From contig OZ024742.1 in the NCBI GenBank assembly GCA_964016885.1, forward strand, positions 142,228,001 through 142,292,000: a DNA stretch of 64,000 nt, written 5' to 3'. Each line of letters starts with the position of its first letter. The stretch's first letter is position 1. Positions 53,885 through 64,000 of the stretch are shown one piece after another. The notes beneath the pieces were generated by a model. It was given only the letters and a program-made list of their open reading frames with translations, was not told the origin of the DNA and searched no databases. The position numbers and the translations under genes were made by a program. The stretch comes from Eledone cirrhosa. Lineage: Eukaryota.

Positions 53885-54401
53885 ATAAATAAGTAAATTA
53901 AATTAAATAAAATAAGATAAATAAATACATACACAAGCACATAAACACACACTAGTCACCCAGCAGACACAACACTATACACACTAGTCACACATCACAC
54001 ATAACACTATACACACACGCAAACGCATGCGCAAAGAAGACAAAATAAAATAAGATAAACAAACAAGCAAATAAATAAATAAATATATAGACAGACTGAA
54101 CAAAAAAAATGGCGTAGACATACAACACAACAGGAGGAACAATGAATATAACACCACTGACGATGTTGCAGATGTGCAACGAAAGATTTATGTAAACTAT
54201 ATATATATGTGTTTGTCTATATTGTATCTGTATTATTTTTGACCGCCGGTCAGTCAATGGCAACATTGAGGACCGAGTAAGTTAGATCGCAGATATATAT
54301 ATATAAAAGACAGCGAGAAGCGAAAACCAACCAAACAGTGAGTGTGTTCTGTTATTAATTCTGGCAATATTACGCAAATATGACCCTCCCCAAATATAAC
54401 A

Positions 54402-54445
<44 letters not shown>

Positions 54446-54505
54446 ATGTATGCGTGTGTATATGTATGTGTGTGTATTTATATACGAGTGTTGTGAGTGT
54501 ATATA

Positions 54506-54558
<53 letters not shown>

Positions 54559-54599
54559 ATATATATATATATGTATGCGTGTATGTGTATATGTGTGTA

Positions 54600-54639
<40 letters not shown>

Positions 54640-55055
54640 TCATGTGTGTATGTGTCTATGTAATTATATGTGTATATGTATGTGTCTCTATATGTATGCG
54701 TCTATGTATGTGTATGTGTATTTATATGGTATGTGTATGTATATGTATGTGTATGTATGTGTTTATATATATGTGTATGTATATGTATGTATATGTATGT
54801 GTGTGTATGCGTGTGTATTTATTTATATGTCTATATGTATGTATATCGATGTATACTTTATATTTTACTTGTTTGTATATATATGTGTGTGTATATATAT
54901 GTGTGTATATATATATACATGTGTGTGTATATATGTGTGTGTATATATGTGTATGTGTATATGTATGTGTATGTATATATATATATGTGTGTATATATGT
55001 GTATGTATATATATGTATATGTATATATATGTGTGTGTGTGTGTGTGTATGTGTG

Positions 55056-55095
<40 letters not shown>

Positions 55096-55106
55096 CTTGA
55101 TATATT

Positions 55107-55907
55107 TCTTTTTTCTTTTTTCTTTTTCTTTTCTTTTTATTTCTAAGTTTATAGATACATCTATAAATAGGCAGCCTGCCGAAACCGTTGAATACTGACC
55201 TCTCCCCCCCTCCCACCTAATTTCTGTATCCTGATCTAAATATGTGTGGCAGTGTTTATGTGCGTGCATTAATGTCCATATGCTTATGATAATACTATAT
55301 GCACATATATATGTGTGTGGGTGTGTGTGTGTGTGTGTATGTTCGTAGTTGTGTGTATGTTTATGCATATACGCGCGTGTGGGTGTGAGTGTACGAATAT
55401 GTGTGAGTATATGAATGTGTGTATACATTTATTTCATATTTATGTGTCTATACGCATTTTATCTGTGGATTATAGACTTACAGAGACATTAGCCTTGAAT
55501 TTTTGTATTTGCATACATCTTTTTGGCATGCGTATGCATGTGAACATATATCTTTATGTAAATATGTGTATGAAGTTAATTACATGTATATACACACACC
55601 AAACTGCATAAAATTTTTTGTATTTTCATTGGTCAATTTGAACTCTGTTCCCAAACGGACCTGAAATTTTGAATTGTTGTTATTATCAATAAATATATTT
55701 CATTATTTCTGAAGACGGCATATATATGTGTTGGGTATGTATATTTAATTTTGATAGTTTGTATAATTTTGTATAATTTTGTACATAGATCTGTTGAATA
55801 TGCATGCCAATTCTAACACATATATATCCTAGAAACGATAGTTAAATAATGAACTTTTTTTGTTTAATATAAGGAACTGTTTCATTGTTTTATTCATTAT
55901 TTTTTTA

Positions 55908-55915
<8 letters not shown>
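55107..55915 (+). mobile_element. Family C pseudo-LTR, short arm
   Basis: Inverted copy of 42720-43528, ending in (TA)n. Confidence 0.8.
55699..55853 (+). ncRNA. Type I hammerhead with ~115-nt stem II
   Basis: ttcattattt-CTGAAGA-cggc-atatatatgtgtt...aacacatatatat-ccta-GAAA-c-gata-g-TT-aaataatgaa. Stem I is a perfect 10 bp. Confidence 0.7.
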
Positions 55916-55944
<29 letters not shown>

Positions 55945-55948
<4 letters not shown>

Positions 55949-57345
55949 CAAGTGTCAATCACTCAAACATTATTTCCATTATAAATGATTAGAAGATAAA
56001 GCATTATTAAAGTTTTATAAGCCATTATGATTTATATTTTCAACAGTTGATGATGTACGTCTAAAAACCAGGCTTGGTTGCTTACTGTTTTTTCCTGACC
56101 TTATGCGAAGCTTGGAATGTAGACAAATCTTATGAAGGCAGTTTGAGAATAATTCACTTTTTTTGTTAATTAAGTTTTCTTAATTATTAATTATCAATAG
56201 GGTCTCCATTGTACAGAGAGTACAGTTACTTGATATACTTGAGTTGCGATAAACTCCACTATTACAAAGTTTCGTCCAAAAGATCGAGTATTTAAAATTT
56301 TTGTCTTTTAATGACCATATAAGCTGTGATAAAGAAGTCAATGATTTCCTGTTAGAATTCGAAAATGAGCATTTATGATTCGCATATCTAGCCTTAAATG
56401 TAGAAGAAGTCGCTCCTATGTGTTGTTATCCGTTTTTACGGTGCCTTTATAGACCAAATTACTGTCCAAACACTTATTTTGCAGAGGGCAATCTGGTTTA
56501 TTTCTACAATTACATTTTGATTTATTATTATTTATGTTAACAATATTATTAAAATCATTTTGCTGATTCTGCTTTAGAATTTTACTGCTTATTTTAGCAA
56601 TGTTTTGGGCCATATTCATAGTTGTAGAATAAGATAATTTAATAGTGTGTCTATTAAAAATGGAATGGTATTTATGTTGACTAGGGAAAGAGCTGTCCAA
56701 AGCTTTAAAGAATAGGTTAGCTATTGGTGTTCTTACTGCTACGGAAGAAGCATGGGGGGGGGGGCAAACCATATAACTGATTTAGTTCTGGTTCTTTTCC
56801 TCGATTTGTTCACCGTATAGGTGTTTGAATTATAATTATTAGAATTTCGTTTATATATGCATTATTTTTATCAGGATTAAAACTTGGATTATTATTATCT
56901 ACATATTCTATATTATTCTCATAACCTGCTCTTTTTAGCACTTCATTGTAGTATCCTGCATTTTCATCAAATATTGCTTTATTGGCAGATATTCTATTAA
57001 TGCGTTTTTGCACACTATTTACAATTGCTTTTTTTACTGACTTAGGGTTATTGGAGTAATTGGAGTAATAACTAACGTAATTTAAGTTTTCAGACACAAT
57101 TTTAATAGACACACTATTAAAATATCTTATTCTACAACTATGAATATGGCCCAAAACATTGCTAAAATAAACAGTAAAATTCTAAAGCAGAATCAGCATA
57201 ATGATTTTGATAGTGTGTCTATTAAAATTGTGTCTGAAAACTTAAATTACGTTAGTTATTACTCCAATTACTCCAATAACCCTAAGTCAGTAAAAAAAGC
57301 AATTGTAAATAGTGTGCAAAAACGCATTAATAGAATATCTGCCAA
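55945..57345 (-). mobile_element. Degraded Hydra-like PLE fragment with 5' inversions
   Basis: ORFs 56416-56772 and 56810-57154 (YHSIFNRHTIKLSYS..CNCRNKPDCPLQNKCL..VYKGTV). Inverted pieces span 57100-57345. Confidence 0.8.
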
Positions 57346-57444
57346 TATATATATATATAATATATATATATTATATATATATATTATATATATATATTAT
57401 ATATATATTCTCTCTCTATATATATATACATATTATATATATAT

Positions 57445-57479
<35 letters not shown>

Positions 57480-57490
57480 TATATATATAT

Positions 57491-57587
<97 letters not shown>

Positions 57588-57687
57588 TATATATATATAT
57601 ATATGCATATATATTATATATATATATATTATATATATATATGTATATATATTATATATATATACATATATATATATAATGTATATA

Positions 57688-57763
<76 letters not shown>

Positions 57764-57808
57764 TATACGATATTAAACAAATGGAAACTACATTTATAAA
57801 ACCATATT

Positions 57809-57874
57809 TATTTCATTATATATATTTCAGGGATATCATATTAAAAATATGGTATGCCCTCTTCAGACAAAATA
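57809..57874 (-). ncRNA. Minimal type I hammerhead ribozyme
   Basis: tattttgt-CTGAAGA-gggcataccatatt-ttt-aatatgatatccct-GAAA-t-atat-a-TA-atgaaata. Confidence 0.7.
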
Positions 57875-59253
57875 CAATATATAAACAGTTTTATAAATAA
57901 ATTTGACATACCTTAAAACTTTACAACTTCCATTTTAAAAGTTGTTATGGTAGTGAAAATATTAAGGACAGTTAGAAAGAAATACGGAGAGAAAAAAGAA
58001 AGAAAGTGTATAGTGTTAAGGACAGTAAGAGAGGAAGGTGAAGAAGATGAAGAAATGTATGTAAAGAAAAAAACAACAGAGCGAGATATAGAGAGAGAGA
58101 TATGGGAGAGAGAAATATTGAGGAGGTGAAAAATGAATAACGTACAAATGAGAGATTTAGGAGGGAAGGGGGTACTGTAATTATTTATTTATTTATTTAT
58201 TTATTTAGTTATAGTGTTAAGGATACGGAGAGAAATAAAAATAAAAATAAATAAAGAGAGGTAGAAAGAGATATAGGTGGTGGGAGAAAAGAGGTAGATC
58301 GAGTAATATCTATTATACGAGGTGGGAGAGATAGGGGAGGGGTGAGATACAGGAGGTAGAGTTAAAACAGCCGATACATAAGTCCCGTCAAGTGTAGAGG
58401 GAGGAGGAGAAGAGATATATTCAGAAATAAAGATGATAGTTTTAAAATATTATGTTTCATCAGTCTATCAATTCTTATGAATTATAATGTAAATATCAAT
58501 ATTCATGAATGAGACACATATCAATAATGTGTGAAAAAATAATGACTATATGTTTAGTTTAAAAATTCTTAGGTTTATAATCAAAATCTGAGATAAAACT
58601 TCAAAAAAATACTGAAATACATAAGTATATATGTATTTTCATGAAAAAAGAAAAAGAAAAAAGAGAAAGAAAAAGAGAAGGTTATCTCAAATTCAAGTTG
58701 ACATTATAGACACACATGTGAGTTTATGTGATCAGCTCTGTAATTTTTTATTTCACATGAAAATCTTCATTGCGTTACAAAAGATTCTACCATACATATA
58801 TGTACATACATATATATATACATAAAATATACATTATTAATAATAATATTCTTGCCCTCTCTTACATGATTATCGTTCAAGCATAGAATAGAACAGATAT
58901 CAATATATTAAAAACGCCAAGAATATTTCACTCCCCAGAGTATCTAGGGCCGTAAAAAAACACAGTGTGCCCCGCATATCAATCACAGAAATCAACACTT
59001 CCAATTTATTTGACAATATATTGCCAAGTTCATTAGAAGCAATCAGAATCAAAAGCAAACAAAACCAAAATTATTCAACAAAACTTATTTAGCAGAAATC
59101 ATTAAAAAAAAAAACTTTAGGATACCCGGTTGTTCTACAGATGCTCTTATATTTATTATAGAAGTTTATCTAGCTTAAAAATTTTATTCAATAGATTGGG
59201 AGCATCACCATTTTAAGGTAGTTTAATTACATCATTAATTATATACTCATGAA

Positions 59254-59296
<43 letters not shown>

Positions 59297-59301
59297 AATA
59301 T

Positions 59302-59332
<31 letters not shown>

Positions 59333-59334
59333 TA

Positions 59335-61375
59335 TTCAAAATATTAACAAATGAAGATATTTACATAATCAAAATATATGCTTTATTATATATATTTCGA
59401 AGGTACTGTGTTGTTTTTTTCCAGTACGTCCTCGTCAGATAAAATATATGATTTGATATATGACATGCCTCTACGGTCTTGATATTTCAATTCCAGTATT
59501 GGCACTAATTTATTTCATCAAATCTCAACATTTATATACCACAAATAATAATATGATAAACTTAAAGAAGAAAAGGACGTGGAGCGAATTAGAGATATAA
59601 GAGAGTGTGTAAAGAAGAGGATATGCAAAAATTATATATATAAGAAAAAGAAAGAGAAAACATAAAAAATACATATATCAATGAATATATAGATGGGTGA
59701 AAAGGATGAAGAAATATATATAAACAAGAAGAAAAAGAAGAAAGAAAGAGAAATAACGACAAAAGAGTAGAAAAAACCTTTGTTTTCAAATATTAGGTCA
59801 ATTGAGTCAACTAATCAGTTACCATAGACCATTGAATATCTCTAGTATTTGGTTATGGGTAAGCTAATTATACTAATATAATATATCGAAATTAATCAAT
59901 ATACATTACCTTTCATAGCCTTCACATATTTAATTAAAAATTTATATAATTTAATTTAACTCATTATGGATTTTAATTTCTGGTTTAGGTAATATATTCC
60001 ATAAGTATTTCGTTACAATTTAAAAAAATTATCTTTAAAGCATATTTAAATAATTATTAAACCTGTATTAAAACATATATTAAAATACATGCATATAACA
60101 CCTTTATAAAATCTTTCAAATCTTTAATTATTATATAATTACAGGATTAAAATTTTAGTTAAATTTACCCTCAAAAATTTTAATTTACTACAAATTATTA
60201 CAGTTTCCTTTTAAAGAAATTCTTATATTATTCAACTATATAATTCATGTCAAAAATTAAAATAGCAAGCTATTCAAACAGAATAAAATATTTACGAAGA
60301 ATGTAAACAAAAGGAAGATAACTCATTCACCATATTTGAACATTAAACAATATATCTATTCTGAAATCAAGTGATATTTCTAAACCATAAAATCAACAAT
60401 TTTCAAGTTAAATATTGAACTGTCCTGGTCAAAAACTTAGGATACAGAGGATCATAACGAAATTATTATAATAGATGAAACATCAATACATTATTACTCC
60501 GGTAAGGCAAAAATTATAAATATAAATATATTTATAAAAATTATTATAAAAATTATAAATTGTCAATATTCTTTCGAAACTTGTATAATGCTTGGAATAT
60601 TTTACCGGCTCTATGTTGGCAGCTGCTAAATAATTATTTTTTCTTATTAATTAAATTGTCATAATTTGTAACTATCAATAGAGTTTCAAGATTGCAAAGA
60701 TTTCAATTTGGCGAAATGGAAGCGTTCCGATAGGAATTGGCATTTTTTTAGCCGTGTCCAAGAGATGGTGTATTTAATATTCTTGTCCTTCAAAGACCAT
60801 ATTAATTGTGAGAGTGAAGTTGAAGATTTTTTTGTCTGGTTTCGTAAAGGAATTTTTATGATTGTACCAACGAAGTTTAAACTCAGATTCTTGTTCAGGC
60901 AGTTATTTTGTAAGGGACATTCTGACTTCCTTCTACAGTTACATTTCTTCTCGATGTTATTTCTATACCCTAAACTATTCATATTATTATTATTATCTAA
61001 AGGTGTTCTACTATTATTCGTTTTTAAGTTATTATTATTATTGTTATTCCCATTAAGCAATGTATTATTATTGTTATTATCGCTATTTATATTTTGGTTC
61101 AAATTAAGATTTTTGCTATTTTATTTTTGCTATATTTTGAGCAATATTCATAATTGTTGAATAAGAGAGTTTAACTGTGTGTCTATTGAAGATAGAGTAA
61201 TATTTATGTGATCTAAGGAAGCATTTATCCAAGGCTTTAAAAAATAAGTGTGCTAAAGGTTTTTTAATACCTAAAGATGCTGGCGGAGCATACCAGATTA
61301 TAGATCTAGTTCTTATTTTTTTCCCCGATTTATTCCTTAAGTTGTTGTTTTTATAGTCAATATTATTATTATTAT
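59335..61375 (-). mobile_element. Degraded Hydra-like PLE 3' part (Asn-rich linker, EN, UTR, HHR)
   Basis: NNNNIDYK..RSIIWYAPP..HKYYSIFNRHTVKLSYS..CNCRRKSECPLQNNCL..STSLSQLIWSLKDK. Confidence 0.75.
59381..59444 (-). ncRNA. Minimal type I hammerhead ribozyme
   Basis: ttttat-CTGACGA-ggacgtactg...cagtaccttc-GAAA-t-atat-a-TA-ataaag. Confidence 0.7.
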
Positions 61376-61388
61376 TATTGTTCTTTGA

Positions 61389-61576
61389 GGGCGGTGGATT
61401 GGCAGTATCGGTGGAGGGTCGGACGCCATGCTTTGACGCATAGAGTTACGGCCCTTGCCATTCTGAGTTCAAATCCCGCCGAGGTTAACTTTGCCTTTCA
61501 TCCTTACGGGGTCGATAAAATAAAGTACCAGTAATGCACTGGGTAATTGCTGGCCTTGTGCCTAAAGTAGAAACAA
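61389..61576 (+). mobile_element. tRNA-derived SINE with an 18-bp TSD
   Basis: SINE core, with ttattattgttctttgag on both sides (~61372-61389 and ~61577-61594). Confidence 0.87.
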
Positions 61577-63447
61577 TTATTATTGTTCTTTGAGTCTCAG
61601 TCATTGATGTTAGTTAACTGGAAAGTTTGTTGAAATGAATATCAAGCCACTACCTGCAGCCTCAGATATTCAGGACGTATCGGAGGATTCTTGCTGTTCC
61701 CAGCAAGCATGCCTTTTGAAGCGTTCCAAAAAGCGTGGCGGGGCCAATTTTCTTTAACCATCCCTGGAAACTTTTTGAGATAGTACCTAGTGGGCCTATG
61801 ATAATCGGGACCACTTTGACTTCATGGCAGTTCCAAATCCTTTTTACCTCCCACTTTAAGTCCTGGTATCGGTTAATTTTCTCCCTCTCCTTCTCTTGCA
61901 CTCTCGTGTTGAATGGGCAGGCCACATCCACAATCAGGCACGATCTTTTTTCTTTGTCCAAAACCACCAGGTCAGGTCTATTGTGTTCCAGTTTCTTGTC
62001 CGTCTGTATCCTAAAATCCCACAGCACCTTCACCTGATCGTTTTCTATCACCGACTCTGGCTTATGCTCATACCACTTCTCAGAATGTGGTAAATTGTTT
62101 ACTTTGTATAGGTGCCAGTGGATCACCCTGCCCATCACATCATGTCTCCATCCCTTATAGTGAGTCTGGGCTAGGTGTTTACACTCAGATACAATGTGAG
62201 CCACAGTCTCCTCTCTCTCTCCACAGATCCTGCACAGTGGGCTAGCCTCCTCCTTCTAAATATGGTGTTTCAACCACTTCGTTTTGAGGGCCTGCTCTTG
62301 CGCAGCCATTAACATTCCTTCTGTAGCCTCTTTTTAAGGTCTCCTCTTTTCAACCAGTTCCATGTCTGTGGATCTCTGAATTCAGTTTTCTCAAAGAAGG
62401 TACTATGAAGGGATTTTTCATGAAGGCTGCTCTTTCTCCTTGTTATTTCCTCCTTGGACATCCCCTGGTCTATTGTCCTCTCCTTCAGTACAGTTCTGAG
62501 CATTGGCTCCTTACTATCAGTCACGTATTTGTGTAGGTTGTTGTGTAGGTTGTTTTTCTCCATCTGAACACAGTCCTCTATGCTGATAAGACCTCTTCCA
62601 CCTTCAGATCTCCTTAAGTAGAGTCTATCGACATCACTCCTCTTGTGGAACATGTTGTAGATAGTCAATAGCTTCCTAGTCTTCCTATCCATTTCTTTTT
62701 GTTCAGCAACATTCCATCTCAGAATTCCCGCACTGTACCTAATAATAGACACAGCTCGGGAATTTACTGCACTTATGGCATTCCTACTGTTCAGATGTGA
62801 CTTTAATACGCCCCTTACTCTCCGAATGTATTCAGATCTTATCAATTCCTTCATTTTTTTGTTCTTGATGTCATCAGCCTCCAGAACACCGAAATACTTG
62901 TATCCTTCTTCAGTGTCAATTTCCTTTATCATCTCACCTGTTGGTACCTGGATTCCGTTGCTTCTGCTCAATTTACCCCTCTTCATCACAAGGACTCCAC
63001 ACTTACTAATACCAAATTGCATACATATATCATTGCTGAAAATACGGACAGTGTCAACAAGCACATCCAACTTCTTCTCACTCTTCCCGAAGAGCTTAAG
63101 ATCGTCCATGAAGAGGAGGTGATTGATGGTAAGCTCTCCCTTTCCCAACTTGTATCCTGCTCTCACTTTCGCAGTATAATGGTCAGGGGCATCAGGGCAA
63201 GGACAAACAACAGAGGGGACAGACTATCTCCCTGGAAGATACCTCTCTTGATCTTTACGCCTCCCAAGGATTCTCCAGCTGATGTTAACTCTGTTTTCCA
63301 GGACTTCATACTTTTGCCCAACAACTGTCTGATGTTTTCTGCCACCTTGAAGATCTCTAGGCTTTTGGTGATCCAAGAATGAGGCACCATGTCAAATGCC
63401 TTTTTGTAGTCTATCCATCCCATGGCAAGACCAGTGTGTCTCCTCTT
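61577..63447 (-). pseudogene. 5'-truncated R4/Dong-like non-LTR retrotransposon (RT + CCHC + restriction-like endonuclease)
   Basis: WIDYKKAFDMVPH, GIFQGDSLSPLLF, HLLFMDDLKL, CRIC..HIVSEC, RHD, NRPDLVV..IVDVACP..EKINRY. Frameshifted, with a short 3' UTR ending in (AAT)n. Confidence 0.9.
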
Positions 63448-64000
63448 TCTTGTGGGTAATCTCTGTTGAGATCTTGAAAGTGATCTGGTTATTCTACGGG
63501 TTTTTTTTACCCGTTCCTTGTGGGTAGTCTCTGTTGAGATCTTGAGAATGATCTCCTGGTTTTTCTACTTCTCATGGTCTGGTCAAAGGAATATCTATCG
63601 TGTTTGTGCTTTTTGTTCATGTTGTGTGCGTTAGGATGTTTTTGTAGAAAAAGCAAAGAGTTCTTACCGTAGTTCTTCTTTGATTCAAGGAGAGATGGGT
63701 GTTTGTGTTGGCACGTGTTCTGGCGTATGTTGTGTTGGCGAGATTGTCCACTTTTAATGCTTTTTCCAGAGTCTTTACCGTAATTTGCAGCATATTTGTC
63801 GAGAAATTATTGTTTCTGCTGCCATAACTTTTTTGATTTGCTTTCTTTTTTTTTAGATATCTCTGATCCATAGTTCTCGTAGTTTTTCAGCTATATTACC
63901 AGTCGTTAGCTTTGAAATTTCGACTTCAATTTGGTTATCAATATATTCGTATTTGGCTTTGTAGCGGGATTGTTTACTTTGAGCAATGGAGATGTCGGTC

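Larger units (their letters stand above)
44066..54403. mobile_element. Three-copy PLE insertion: inverted truncated copy, tandem truncated copy and full-length copy (C-terminal EN, Nematis/Neptune-like)
   Basis: 44066-46540 (-), 46540-50251 (+) and 50252-54403 (+). The tandem period is 4128 bp. The pseudo-LTR overlaps the ORF start. Confidence 0.93.

Noticed and set aside
55177-55720. Type II hammerhead pairing tgccGAAAccgtt with CTGAAGAcggca over ~520 nt
   Set aside because: The type I fold at 55699-55853 explains the core with a perfect 10-bp stem I.
63448-64000. Possible further retroelement ORF with a 28-bp direct repeat
   Set aside because: Too degraded and truncated by the window edge to assign.

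Overview
AT-rich eukaryotic DNA with no recognisable host gene. A cephalopod (Octopus-like) origin is inferred from the SINE, PLE and microsatellite content. The window is a nest of transposons inserted into (TA)n and (GT)n microsatellites. Penelope-like retroelements (PLEs) dominate. They include a head-to-head inverted pair of a Hydra-clade-like PLE (11979-18263) and a three-copy inverted-plus-tandem array of a second PLE (44066-54403). The last copy of that array has an intact 1210-aa RT + GIY-YIG ORF with a long Asn-rich insert. Many PLE fragments and short fold-back insertions are also present. Reading the non-coding DNA by eye gave about 14 well-formed type I hammerhead ribozyme (HHR) motifs plus degenerate ones, including two families with very long stem II insertions. 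Other elements are a decayed autonomous Helitron with head-to-tail non-autonomous Helitrons, a 5'-truncated R4/Dong-like RLE non-LTR element, tRNA-derived SINEs, MITEs and a 3 x 2.8 kb tandem triplication. Coordinates and pairings were read manually; no database search was run.
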